Assembly (NCBI GenBank): GCA_002189035.1
Contig: NEEC01000014.1
Location: forward strand, 1,054,001 to 1,118,000
Length of the DNA stretch: 64,000 nucleotides
Origin: Utricularia gibba
Taxonomy: Eukaryota; Plantae; Magnoliophyta
Direction: 5' to 3'
This document shows, one piece after another, positions 23,469 through 35,872 of the stretch; position 1 is the first letter of the stretch, and the number at the start of each line of letters is the position of its first letter. The position numbers were made by a program, and so were the translations under genes. The notes below the pieces were generated by a model that was not told where the DNA came from, did not search any database, and worked only from the letters and a program-made list of their open reading frames with translations.

Positions 23469-25051
23469 TCAGCTTAGAGTAATGTAATAGCTCAAATCCA
23501 CCACCATTACTGTAACATCGTCCAAACTTCCCCTTTCTACAGCAACATCTGCAAGAGCTTTACAACCAGCCAACAGTTCATCACCGTGTCCAATATTCTC
23601 TTTACTAATGTTATGGTCATTCTTGACCCGGATTTGTCTCATTGCCGATCCTCTTATCGACTCCTGTGGTGAACTTCCAGTTTGACGCAGGCTTTCGGCA
23701 TCTGATAGTTTTGCATCTTTTTGTTCCCTCCTCTTGGACTTCACCAGCGAAGAAGGCCTTGGTGATCTGGTCAAATGACAGCCACTCGGTTTGACCTTTC
23801 GGAATGCAAGCGAACGCATTACGATATCTACTGCTTCTTGATTGCTGACCCGTTCCCACAGTCCATCTGACGCCAAGATCAGATATTCCATCTCCGGTGT
23901 CATGTTTATGACTTTTGAATCAGGCTCCGCCACCACCCATTGTTTCAAATGAGCGTCTCCAATGCTTCGAGAAACGGCAAGGCTCCCTTGTATCCTCCAG
24001 GTTCCACGGTGAATTTCCACAAAGCCACCCTGTATGAAAAGTATAAAAGCAGTTTCACCTCGGTAAAATATCGCTTATCACATCATTGTTGTTGCAGATA
24101 AAGATCATCTTCTTTGCTAGAATAATGATGAAAATGTGCAAAGGGACACAGAAAAATGTAATGCACTTACGTTATCCTCAATTCGCCTTCGTTCATCTTC
24201 TCGTGCTGGCTTATGATCAGATGTTAGAGCTTCTGCTTTACCTCCTATGCACAGAACAGCTCTGCAATCTCCCAAGTTTGAAACTGTCACCACTTTCCCA
24301 TCGATCAAAGCAGTGACACAGCAGGCTCCACTACTCAAATCCTGATAATCCCAAGAATTTTAAATTTTTGAAAGTCAAAATTGTAATTTATGAACACAGA
24401 AGCACTAGCACAAAAGTGGCAGTGTGGGAGCAGAACCACGTCATATGGAAGTACCTGTCTCAAGAATTCCTCGTCTGTTTTAAGGTACCCTTCTCTGATA
24501 GCTGCTTCTTTTGTCTTGTTATCCGGAAAGAGTTCCAACATTTCAAGAATCCTGAGATGCAAATTTTCCGCCACAAACTCCGCAGCTTTTCTGCCTCCAT
24601 GCCCATCATACACTCCGAAAAACGCCTGCGATTTCAAATACTGTTGAGATTTTGGAGAACCCCAAAAGCACATCTGAAGAAAAAGGAGCCGGGGAAAAGA
24701 AGAACGATTCGCCTGCACCTTGTCGCGATTTGGGGAAGAAAAGATTCTATGAGCATCTTCCATGAACCTCTTCTTCCCTTTCAACGAATACACAGCAGAC
24801 CCAGCATCCACACGACACGAAACACTCGGTTCACTAACACTAGGACACGAGATTTCCCGCAAAACGCTAGGGATTTCAATCCTGGGCGGTCTCTTTCTCT
24901 TCAGCGAAAACGAATGCAAATCTCCCACAATTGCCATCCCACCTTCTTCCTCCCTTCCAACAGAAGAAATCTCAGCATCCCCAGAACAAATCCCATCAAT
25001 TCCCGCGCATTTTGAACCGCTCTCATCGGGTACGCCCTCAGATTTCGCCAT
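23469..25051 (-). CDS. protein phosphatase 2C, clade B (AP2C-type, At1g67820-like)
   Basis: Exons 24719-25051, 24455-24625, 24171-24341, 23469-24029. KIM-like [58 protein letters not shown]. Confidence 0.93.
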
Positions 25052-25767
25052 CAAATCTCCTAAAAAAACGCACACACAGAAAACAGGCACGAAGATGAGA
25101 ACTGTAACGGTCAGTGGATTCGCTGCAACGGCTAAAGATTTCTCCGTCGCCGCGCCCCATGTTTATAGCCGTTAGAGGGCCAGTCTTTGGTCAAACCCTT
25201 GAACAATTAGTTGACTTTGATCAGCCATTATGCTCCGACCACCAAATTAAATTTCTATTTCTTTTTTATTTTTATAAATAATTCTAAAAAAATAAAATAA
25301 TTATAAAATTTTCTCTTGATAAAACATAATTTAAGAATCTATTTGATCTAGTTTCAACTTTATGTACTTATTTTGTTTTATATGAAATTAAAATAATGAA
25401 GTATTTCAATTTTTTTAGAATTGAGAAATCTCTAATCCAATAAAAATTGACATATTCAAAGACTAGAAAAATGATATTTTTCAAAATAAAAAGGATTATA
25501 ATATCATTAAATTGGATTTATATTTATTAAAATAGGATTTTCATTCATTTCATTGAAGATGGAACATGGAGGAGAGCTCATCATCTCCATCCACCCTACC
25601 CTTGATTACCTTACAGTACAGTAAAAGCATACCACTGAGGGAGCAGTGCAGGCTTCAGACATGGACACCATAGATATCATTCATACCAGAGTGGCTTCAC
25701 AGGCTTCAGGCCTGCAGCAGCCCACTCTCCTTATTCATACGCCATACTCCGGAGTCCTCCTCCTTCC

Positions 25768-26354
25768 TCAGTCGAAGATCGCCTTGGCGTTCCACACCGG
25801 CTTGCGCAGCTTGTCCTCGAGGAGGACGCGGCCCACCTCCTGCACCCCCTCCATCACAAGGTTCTGAGGCTTGCTGCCGGAGTACTTATCGGAACTCGTG
25901 TGAAACTTCATCCCCTGAGCTTTTCCGTCGTCTCTCTTGGGAACCCAGAACCCGTTCTTATACTCCTCTTTCCCGTACCAGCTCTCCCGGCGCTTCATCT
26001 TGTCGTCCAGGTTGCTGATTCCGTTTCCGTAGTGGTGATGGGGGTTTGGCTCGAAGCCGTCGTAGTAGCCACCCTGCTGCTGCTTGCTGTGATTCATCTG
26101 AAGCTTGTTGGAATCCCAGTACCCGTTGTTGTCATACTCCTCCTTCTCGTACCAGCTTTCACGGGACTTGACACGGTCGTCCTTGTAGCTCTCCACGCCG
26201 TAGGTGCCGCCGTTCTTCATCCCGGAGAGGTGGTCGTGGTGGCGGTGGTGTTGGTGGTGGTGGGGGGATGCTTCTCATTGCACCGCCCGCATTCGTCCTC
26301 GGCATAGCAGTAGACCTCTTCTTTGTAGGCATGAGGAGGAGGGTACATCTGCAT
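25768..26354 (-). CDS. uncharacterised hydrophilic His/Tyr-rich protein of about 195 aa, frameshifted at a C6 run
   Basis: ATG 26354 lies about 80 nt downstream of TATAAA (26433-26438). Adding one C at 26262-26267 joins MQMYPPPHAYKEEVYCY...KHPP to HHHQHHRHHDHLSGMKN...WNAKAIFD. GC-rich third codon positions and an internal protein repeat support coding status. Confidence 0.62.
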
Positions 26355-26432
26355 CCTGCTGAAGCTTGTTTTGTCTCGTCGGAGGGGCTCCGGTCGACTG
26401 TACTGCGTCTGTGAAGAGGAGGGATGCTCCTC

Positions 26433-26438
26433 TTTATA
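26433..26438 (-). promoter_or_regulatory. TATA box of the 26354-start gene
   Basis: CTATAAAG on the minus strand. Confidence 0.5.
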
Positions 26439-26650
26439 GCAGGCTCTGGATTCCCAAATGATGAGGATGAATCCGATTCTCGTACAGGAAAACATTGCAA
26501 GTCGTTGGTTTCATGATAACGTCGAATGAGTATCCCATGATTTCTTACACTTGTCCCATTGGGAGGGATATCCGGTTCCAATACACTTGTTCTAAACCGG
26601 GGGAGCGGACCGGTTGAACCGCCAAATATTCGGGTCATTTACAAAAGTAG

Positions 26651-26805
26651 GTACTGATAAAAATATATTTTTTTATTTTGGTTCGGCTAAATAATATAGT
26701 TTTTATTTTGGTACGGATAAAAAATATATTTTTTTTAATTTTTGAACGGCTAAATAATATAGTTTTTATTGTGGTACGGATAAAAAATATATGATATTTT
26801 GGTAC
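26651..26805. repeat. AT-rich tandem repeat, about 2.5 copies of a 60-63 bp unit made of two roughly 30-bp subunits
   Basis: Units begin at 26651, 26711 and 26774 (GTAC(T/G)GATAAAAA..., ...CGGCTAAATAATATAGTTTTTATT). Confidence 0.85.
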
Positions 26806-26919
26806 TTTATTGTCTAGCTAAGCAAGCAAATCAATTATGGAGAAGCAAAACCGTTTCGCAATGAACTCGGGAGCAGTTGAGTTTCAGTGTGTATGATCGA
26901 AGCGCTTCTCGAGCTCTCA

Positions 26920-28167
26920 ATGAGAAAGGCGCAGGATTTAGAGATGAATGTGAAGGAATCCCCTGCTGTTTTGTTCAGAAGATGGCTTCCTATGAATCTC
27001 CTCTGTGCTTTTCTTCTTCTTCTGTTGCTTCCCATGATCCTCCTTCGTCTCTACGCCTACTACCCTTCTTCAGAGGTCACCGTGAGTGTGAGCTTGGTGC
27101 CGGAATCTTGCGACTACGGCGACGGAGAATGGGTGGCGGATGATTCGGGATGGGTTCTGTACAATGGATCAGCCTGTGAAACGATCAAACAAGGCCAGAA
27201 CTGCATGGTCTCCGGCCGCCCGGATCAGGGTTATCTCCGGTGGAGATGGAAGCCTGATGGATGCGATCTTCCCTGGTTCGATCCCAGGGCTTTCCTTAGT
27301 CTTGTCGAGAACAAGCATGTGGCCTTTGTTGGGGATTCACTGGCGAGGAACCAGATGGAGTCACTTCTTTGCATGGTGGCGACTGTGGAGAGGCCCCATC
27401 TGTTCAATGTGGAGGGGGAAGAAGGCAGGTTCAGGAAATGGCGTTTCCCTTTTCATAATGCCAACTTCTCCATCTACTGGTCGCCTTTTCTGGTAAGAGG
27501 GATCGAAAAATCAGCAGAGAGTAACTACAACAAGGTGTTTCTAGACTCTGTGGATGATCGGTGGGCAGCAGAGCTGAGGGAAATGGACATTCTGGTCATG
27601 TCTGCTGGCCACTGGTTCTTACATTCTGCTGTGTACTACTATGAGAACTCAGTGTTTGGTTGCCATTACCGTGAAAACTGCACAGAAACAGGCTTCTACG
27701 ACTCGTTTAGGAGGGCATTGAAGACGACATTAGAAGAAATCATAAGAAGGCATGATGCATCTTGTGAGAAAGAGCTGATGGTATTCTTGACTACCTTCTC
27801 ACCAGCACACTTTGAGGGGGAGTGGGATAAGCTTGGGTCGTGTTCTAGGACTCAGCCCTACAAGAGAAGTGAGCAGATTCTTGAAGGAACGAACGCAGAG
27901 ATGAGGAAAATTGGAGTGGAACAAGTGAAAGAAGCAGGAACCAAGAGTGGAAGCGGAGTCTCAGTAGAGGCACTTGATGTGACTGAACTTTCTCTTCTGA
28001 GACCTGATGGCCATCCTGGACCTTATATGCATCCATTCCCGTTCGCTGATGGGGTTCAAGAGAGAGTTCAGAATGATTGTGTTCATTGGTGCTTGCCTGG
28101 TCCTATAGACACATGGAATCAGATCATGTTAGACATCATCAAGAGAAGTAAATCCAGTAGACAGTAA
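26920..28167 (+). CDS. TBL: TRICHOME BIREFRINGENCE-LIKE xyloglucan O-acetyltransferase (TBL27/AXY4 or TBL22 clade), single coding exon
   Basis: N-terminal TM LLCAFLLLLLLPMILL, CDYGDGEWV, GCDLPWFDP, AFVGDSLARNQMESL (GDS), RPDGHPGPY, DCVHWCLPG (DxxH). Start may be 26893, 26920 or 26944. Confidence 0.92.
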   Translation: MRKAQDLEMNVKESPAVLFRRWLPMNLLCAFLLLLLLPMILLRLYAYYPSSEVTVSVSLVPESCDYGDGEWVADDSGWVLYNGSACETIKQGQNCMVSGRPDQGYLRWRWKPDGCDLPWFDPRAFLSLVENKHVAFVGDSLARNQMESLLCMVATVERPHLFNVEGEEGRFRKWRFPFHNANFSIYWSPFLVRGIEKSAESNYNKVFLDSVDDRWAAELREMDILVMSAGHWFLHSAVYYYENSVFGCHYRENCTETGFYDSFRRALKTTLEEIIRRHDASCEKELMVFLTTFSPAHFEGEWDKLGSCSRTQPYKRSEQILEGTNAEMRKIGVEQVKEAGTKSGSGVSVEALDVTELSLLRPDGHPGPYMHPFPFADGVQERVQNDCVHWCLPGPIDTWNQIMLDIIKRSKSSRQ

Positions 28168-28447
28168 AACAGTGCCCAAATATTGATGTTCATCTCATAT
28201 TTCAGAGTCTTGTTGCAAAAGAAGAAAAACAGGCACCCCTTTTCCATTGATGGCATCCTGCTTCAGTTCTCAGCCTTCTGTATCCCTTCATCTTGCATTC
28301 GTTATTGGTTGTGGTCCTGAAGCCTAACGTAGAAAGCAGAAACTGATGAATGAGTCATGAAACAACATGCTGAAAGGGAAACAGCAAACCTTTTTTTGGT
28401 CTCTTGGAAGTACAATACAAAGATATTCCTCTTCTGGGGTGAACGTG

Positions 28448-30205
28448 CTACTGAAGATGCTTGGTCGGCAAAAGAGGAGCTGTTTCACTTGTTGATTCAG
28501 AATTTCTCAACAGAGTGTCCTCGCTCACGTTTGCCTCCTTTGCTTTTCCCCACATCACGGAGTAGAAACCAGCAACAATGATAACTGACCCCAATAAACT
28601 GTATAAATTCTTACAAAGCATCATATTGTAGGCAGTGACGAGTATTGCAGTATTCCAATCAACACGTTAGGAGCAAAATAAACAGAGAACCATTTTGGTG
28701 ATGGCACAGTTTTCCAGTTTGCATGACTATTTTGTTGCTGAAAAGCATGAGAAGTGCAGGCAAGGAACAGAGGAAGTTACCTTCCGAGATAGATAACATC
28801 ACCCAAGAAGATAATACCAAGAACAGCTGAAATAACTATGCCCAGGGGTTTGAACATGGCAACAAAAAGTGGACCCCTTTTTTGCAGGCACCATGTATTC
28901 ATGCTCACTTGAAATGCTGAACCAATAACTCCCTAAACAAGAAAAGTGCAAAGGAAAGCATGAGTTCCTAATTGGGTTGCAAAGGAGTGTGCGGAAACTC
29001 ACCGAATACAGAACAGAAAACAAACGAATATTCGGTTGCAATGACCAGGCACTTAGGTCATGATCAAGAACCAGAGAAACAGATGTGGAGAGAATGGCAG
29101 CAAATAAACAGTAGAAAAAGACTATGAATAGCTCTGCAGGATACTTCTTGAGAATGGACGCCTGCAAATGAAACATTCTAATGGTTACTGAATCCTTTTC
29201 TTGTAATGAGATTTAAGAAATCTTAGGTTGTCTATGGTACAACTCCTGCTCAAGCTGAGAAGTTATATACCTGCACAATTATGAATGCAGAGGTAACTAC
29301 ACAATCTGCTGTGAGGAACAGTCCTCCAATCACATAGCTCGACTGTGACGATTGGAGACTCAAGATTTGAGGACCTCTGTACAGAGTTACAACAAAAGCC
29401 CCAACTATTGATACTACCGTTCCAGTTACTTTTGCCAGGAAACTTAGATTTCTAAGAGAAATTCTCTCCATCCTATAAAGCCAACCGAGCGGAACGTAAG
29501 AAGAGAAAACTTAAGCTCGTCTTGCTAAAGAGCATTCAAAATAAGAAAAGCCCAAAATGACTCCGAACCCGAACAATACTGCAAGTATGAAAGTAAATCC
29601 TGGAATCAGATTTAGCATTGCAGAAGCAAATGCAGCTGAAGAGTAGCTTATTCCAGTATAGCCAGTCAGTTGTGCCAAGCACCTACAGGGAGATTCCACA
29701 CACGTAAACACCAGGAATAGAAGATTCAAGACCAAAAAACATCAAAGGTAATGTTTTGGAAAAACATTAAGCCCTCAACTAAGCCGAAGCCAGCAAAATA
29801 CTCGCGTCTTTCCTTCATGTTAACCCGATCAAAATATTACAAGCTCAGCAATTGAAAAAAACAATCAGAAAATCAGCATACCCAAGAACGCCTAGCGTGA
29901 AAAATCCAGCAACCAACAACAAACTGAGCGAGGGTCTACTTGATCGCCTAAAGCAAAAATCATCATTGACTGCTGCATATCACAGTTAAGATAGGAAAAT
30001 AAAAGAATTGATACTTGTGAACAAGTAGAGAGATGGGCAGTAGGAGAACAGCGGCAAGAGCATTGGAATAAGCAACGAAAGTATAATTCGTCATCCCAGA
30101 GGCCAAAGCTCCCTTGCTTATGATTATCAATCCCACCTGCGCCGTCGTCGCCGATACCATACCCAGATATGGCGCGGCGGCGCTATCCTGTAGTCTTCTC
30201 ATCAT
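28448..30205 (-). CDS. WAT1-related / UMAMIT (EamA-like) amino-acid transporter
   Basis: Seven exons: 30015-30205, 29882-29947, 29569-29682, 29271-29472, 29003-29161, 28781-28932, 28448-28598. Motifs FVAYSNALA, AMLNLIPGFTFILA, AKVTGTVVSIVGA, RGPLFVAMFKPLG, GFYSVMWGK. Confidence 0.92.
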
Positions 30206-30587
30206 TTCACCAACGTGCCAACAAACTTGATCGAGTGGTAGCGGTACAAGTCCTATAAAACACTCGAGAGTCTGGGACAGAAATTGTTTTTTGCATTTCT
30301 TTTGAATTAGCTGATTGGCTGTCTGTACTCTGTCAGGCCGTCCCTGTACCTGTAATAGAAGAGTTTGATTTGTCCAGAAACAGCAAAATGAGGTAGAGTT
30401 TCATGGAGGCTCGAGTTCAGATCAAATTTACATTACATTACACCATCAGCTATCGTGGCAACCATCCATCAGCTGCATCAACATTTCAAAAACTACAGTT
30501 TTTTCCTGTGAAGAAATGCCACTTCTCAGGGTGAGCAAAACAGAGATGACCCCAGAAAAAACTGAGTCGAAATTCACACATCCTAGA

Positions 30588-33315
30588 CTATGTTCTCTTG
30601 AACACACTGTCAAAGACCGCCTTGAAGTGAGTGACATCCGGAGGCTTAGGATTCGACGCATCGGCCAGGCCTTGGAGCAACCTGACTACATCAGCGGTAT
30701 CATCAAGATACCACTTGGCTTTACTTGGTTTTTGGCCGACGGTGCAGGCAAAGACCTGTGCAGACGGAAGGAGAGAAGAACAAGAGTTGGCACTTGATAT
30801 TCTCTCAAACATATCTTCATCTGATCGGTCGTCTCCAACACACATAACGAAATCGGGTGCCTCCATGTTAGCCACCATCAACGAGAGCATTTTATCCATT
30901 GCGGACCCTTTGGTCACCCCCTGTCAAGTAATGATTTTGCAATGAAGTTCGGGGAGGGCGATATATGGAAAGGCAACAAGAGTGTACCTGTGGCTTAACT
31001 TCGACAATCTGTTGCCCACTGCATACAACTGCAGGTTCGTTAGCAAGAACAGTTTCCAAATGATCTAACAGCTCCTTTGATTGGCATGAACCGAAGTCAG
31101 GGTCAGCATGTTGGTAATGCCACACAGATGCACTTTCTTTGATTTCCATTGAGGATCCATCGGTTGTTTCGGTGTATACCTTCATTACGGGTTCCACTAT
31201 TACCTTCCAATCGAGGTCAAGGTCCAATGACTGCCATTCAGAGTGTTTGCTCAGCCTGATTACTCACAAACATTTCTTGTTATGCATGAACACTAAGAGC
31301 AGGAAGCGGAAACTAATAGAGCCAGAGACATACCTCATGAAATATCCATGTTCAGCTGCCAGGCCAAGTTTTTCACATGGAGAAAGCCAATCACTGAGAA
31401 CATCTCTTCCTCTCCCGCTGATTATAAATACTGTGTTCTTAGGATCATCACAGAGAGAATTCAGAGCATCAATCACCTCAGTACTGGGAGATCTGATGAG
31501 TGAGGATTGAGATACGATTGTACCATCATAATCAAGAAATATTGCTCGTCTACCGGATTTTTTATATGTTGATACCACATGGTCAATAGAAAGCTTCCTA
31601 AAGCTCGGAGAAAGTGAGATGACCCTGAATTTTAGGCCAAAGCCATAACCCCGATAACGCTTATAGTAGTGCTCGTTGCAAGCCCTCTCCATGTCCCTTG
31701 TGAAGCTTTGAGCCCAGTAGGTCACGTTATGTGAACTAACATACCGGTAGTGTTTTTCATGCCTCAGCTGTTTTTCAGCATCAGACATTGTAATTGCAGT
31801 ATTCATTGCCTCTGCAACGGAGTCAATATCCCATGGATTCACCCTTATTGCTCCACTCAGAGATGGAGAGCAGCCAATAAATTCAGAGACAACAAGCATG
31901 CTAGTTCTTGGAGAATCTTGCCCCTTAACAACACCATTACCTACCGCATTAGATGCCCCCTGCCTACAAACCACGTACTCGTAAGGAACCAAATTCATGC
32001 CATCCCTTACTGCATTAACAATGCAGCAATCTGCCACAGCAAAATATGCAGTCTTCTCACCACGTGGGACATTATCAATTAAAACCACAGGCTCATTATC
32101 AGGGGAACCATGTGTCTCGTTGATTCTCCTTGCGATTGTGTATGTTTCTCTTTTTGCTTCCAGAACATCTTTGCCTGAGCTTCTAGCAGGGTTCACGATC
32201 TGAATCAACACCACCCTTCTTCGCAACTTATCATGTAGCCGCAATAGACGCTCAAATGCTAACAACTTCAGGCTAATACCCTTAAATATATCCATGTCAT
32301 CAACTCCAAGAAGTATAATCTTGTTTTTGAACTTTTGACGTAGCTCTTCTATCTTTTCAGATGTGGAAGTTAGATTTACAACAGATTCCAGCCTCCCCAT
32401 ATGAATACCTGCTGGAAGTATTTTGATATATACTGTTCGGCCAAAGTAGTCAAGTCCGATATGCCCCCTCTTAGATTCATAGCTCAGGCCAAGCATTCTA
32501 CTGCAACAAGACAAGAAGTGCCGTGCATAGTCAAAGGTGTGAAATCCTACCAAATCACAATTCAGTAGCCCTCTCAGGATTTCATCTCTAACAGGCAGTG
32601 TTCTATATATCTCTGATGAAGGAAACGGACTGTGAAGAAAAAAACCAAGCTTGATTCGATAATGTCGCTTCCTTAGAAATGTAGGGAGCACCATCAGATG
32701 GTAATCATGAATCCAAATGTAATCATCATCTGGATTAACAACTTCTATAATTTTATCAGCGAAGATTTTGTTTGCAGATACATAGGCTTGCCATAGTTGC
32801 TTATCAAAGCGATCTCCATGATCAACACACATAGGCAGCATGTAATGAAAAAGGGGCCAAAGCTGCTGCTTACAGAAACCATAATAGAAACTCTCCAGGA
32901 TGTCACGAGGAAGAAATGTGGGCACACATTTGAATTCTTTAAAAAGTGCCTTTGCAACTTCTTCCTGCTCATTTGCTTTTATTTCAACTTTCAGTGAACC
33001 AATGTACAAGATCTCAGTCTCAGGTGGGAAACCATCCTTCAAATGAAACAAGATTGAATCCTCGTCCCAACTAAAGGTCCATCTATGTGTTTCGTCACCC
33101 CTTTGGGCATGCAGAGGAAGCATGTTTGCAACTATTATTTTCCGCTCATGAAAAGCAGACGATGATGTTTCCGAGTCCATGCCACCACTAGCATTAATAT
33201 CTGGTATAATTCCATTAAGAGCAAATGCCCTCGGGAGGCCTCTAGGGGTTTGAAGAACATCAGTTATTTCTCCAGAACCCAAATTAAGCAAATTACCACA
33301 GGAACTTGATGGCAT
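30588..33315 (-). CDS. TPS: class II trehalose-6-phosphate synthase/phosphatase (TPS8/9/10 clade)
   Basis: Exons 31334-33315, 30988-31255, 30588-30920. Motifs IIVANMLP, GFFLHSPFPSSE, DLVGFHTFDYARHF, AVRDGMNLVPYEY, HAD motifs IFLDYDGT, VEVKPQGVTKG, GDDRSDEDMF. Confidence 0.95.
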
Positions 33316-34845
33316 TGATTAACAACTCAGTTTACGATGCTTCAGAATTGTTGGTTCTGTGAACTGCAAGTCAAGGAGACACATGAAGTGAGAGTTCGCC
33401 ACAAACAATCTATATGTATGTGCAAAAAAGGTCAACAAGAGCAGCTTCACAAGTGAAAAACGAGGTTCTCTGATATAAAACAATTCAACACTTGGTTTCC
33501 TAATACGTTCCGGACACCATTTGTTTTCTTGAAACGTGCAGGATTTGACATCTTGAAAACCCAACAACTTCAAGCAGAATCACTTTATCTAATTCAGCCT
33601 GCCACAAAGCGACGGAACATACAGCGATAAACTTCCGTGTAATTTTGAAAAAAAAAACGCCTGAGAAACATAAAGCTCGTATTTAAGCAAGCATAAAACT
33701 TCCGAGTTGACTTAACATGATTTGCTATTAAAAAAATCGACCTTGTTTCCAAAATCTACGCCATCAAAAGTACTTTTGAGAAACCAAGAACACAAATAGC
33801 CATCGTTTTCAAGAAAAAAAAAGCAAGAAGCAATTGTAACTCGGCATAATCCAAAGATCAATATCCAATCCTCGCACGTCGCAAAGCCAGATCCTTCAAA
33901 TATCATACTTCACCCTTAAAACAAGAAACCTAGTTAACAAAAGAAAATAAAACGAAACCACAAAAAAAGGAACTCCTTTCACTTCCCCCATCCAACGCCT
34001 CACCAAAAACTCAAATTCGCACCAAATCGAGCACTCACAGAGAAGAAAACGAACCACCCGCTATCGGAAATCCCCTCAACGTCTGCGCTGAAGCCGGAAG
34101 CCGATGCGTCGAGACGTAAACCAAAGTAGCGCTAGAGAGAGAAGAGAAGAGGCGAAAATGGTATAAAGCTTCCTAGAGCGAGAGACTACGAATCGCTTTG
34201 TGAGAGAGGAACGGATGAGGATGAAGACAAGTAGTTCAAAGAGTTGGAAAAGCGTACGAGTCAAAACAGCGTAGTGTACACCAGTGACGGAACCCCTCTT
34301 TACAGTTGGATAACGGCTAAAAATGAGGTGGATAAATAAATATCACATTATCACTGGAATTTTTCTTTTTTCTTAATATTTAATTACATTTTCCAATTTC
34401 ATTTAATTATAAATAATAATATCGTGATTTTGGGGAGGTGATTGGATAAGCATCAAAGGACGCGTCTGCCATTCGCCACGTACACCTACCCCACGCGCCC
34501 ACGCGCTCCTGCTTCCTCGGGTGGTGTGGACCCCAGTTACGAATTTAATTTTTATAAAAACAATTATCCAAAATATTAAAACTAATTAAAATATATTATC
34601 GTCCCATCTTCATTTCCAAAATTTAATCATTTTGAACTTTGAATAGTAAATTATAATAATTAAATTAAATTAAATTAAATCGTGATTGAAATTGGACTAA
34701 TTTTACTCATTTAAATTAATGATATTTTATATGTATGATATTATTTATATTTAACGATATTATATTAAATTTCGCTATCTTTCTATCTGAGTGGTTCGGT
34801 CTTGCTTGACAACATAGGTGGACCATCATTATCCACTGCTTGTTC

Positions 34846-34868
34846 GCCACGTCCACCACATCACGTGA
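34846..34868. promoter_or_regulatory. ACGT-core / G-box cluster upstream of TPS
   Basis: GCCACGTC near 34846 and CACGTG at 34863-34868; another GCCACGT near 34455. Confidence 0.35.
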
Positions 34869-35098
34869 CTCTCGCGTGCTGCTATCGCTCTGCTGGGCCC
34901 CGCCGTCACGCTCTTTGATTGGAAGGTACCTTGCCTGGTGCCGTTTCAGGTCTCAAAAAAAAGGAGTTTGTTTTTAAAATATTTGTTTATAATAATAATT
35001 TATTACTTTTAAAATAGTATTTGAAATTACTGTTGTTAATCCGTACATTTTGCGGCGAGAGTGCTCCGGCAGCGGGGTGCGCGGTTCTGCTTCTTCCC

Positions 35099-35872
35099 CT
35101 AGTGGTGTCTTTGGAACTGAATGATCGCCCACAGAAGATGTCGGAGACCGATGCTCGGCCAAGGGGCTTTCGGGGAATACAGGAGGGAATGCCCACTCTG
35201 CCACAGAAGGAAATTGCTGAGCCTGGTCTCGCCGGAGCTCCTTATTATGATATCCGGATCCGGAGCGCCGGCCATGTGCATATGCTTCTCGATGTCATCC
35301 ACATCAAGAGTCTCGGCTCCGATGGCCCTTTCCCGGCAAGCTCCTTGAACAGCGTGCGCGATCTCCTCCGTCGATGTGTACGCAAGGCAGATCGAAAGCA
35401 CGGCATTCGAATTCTGGGCCGTAGCCTTCATCACCCTTCCGGCCATCATCCTCATCTCCTCGCTCACCAGATCAAGGTTTCCGATGAAGCGTAACCTCAG
35501 GCCGTATTGTTTCGCTATGCTGTCTTCTCTGGTCAAATCTTCGACCTTGTCGCGTATCAGTTGCAGGGTGGAGCTGATCTCTTCAGGGCGTCTTTTGAGG
35601 TTGTCGATGCTGAAGGCGTAGATCGTTATGTACTTCACTTGCAATCCGCAGCAGTATTTCAACACGTTCAAGAGGGCGGCGTACCCCGCCTTGTGGCCTT
35701 CTCCCTCGACGAGCCCACGGCGCTTGGCGTACCGTCGGTTTCCATCCATGATGAATGCGATGTGCTTCGGAATGGGACCAACATGGAGAAGCATAGCTAT
35801 GCAACTGTAAACAAACCTGCACATATCTCTGTATAGCTGTTTCGTTCTAGCCATGAACTGCTTGTCCGCCAT
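35099..35872 (-). CDS. CPT: cis-prenyltransferase (dehydrodolichyl diphosphate synthase, heteromeric-type catalytic subunit)
   Basis: Single coding exon. Motifs GPIPKHIAFIMDGNRRYA, TIYAFSIDNLKR, ICLAYTS, PDPDIIIRSSGETRLSNFLLWQ. Probable 5'UTR intron 35888-36050. Confidence 0.93.
   Translation of the reverse strand: MADKQFMARTKQLYRDMCRFVYSCIAMLLHVGPIPKHIAFIMDGNRRYAKRRGLVEGEGHKAGYAALLNVLKYCCGLQVKYITIYAFSIDNLKRRPEEISSTLQLIRDKVEDLTREDSIAKQYGLRLRFIGNLDLVSEEMRMMAGRVMKATAQNSNAVLSICLAYTSTEEIAHAVQGACRERAIGAETLDVDDIEKHMHMAGAPDPDIIIRSSGETRLSNFLLWQSGHSLLYSPKAPWPSIGLRHLLWAIIQFQRHH

Noticed and set aside
26651-26805. CRISPR-like array
   Set aside because: Eukaryotic context, no unique spacers, and no cas genes. 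It is an ordinary tandem repeat.
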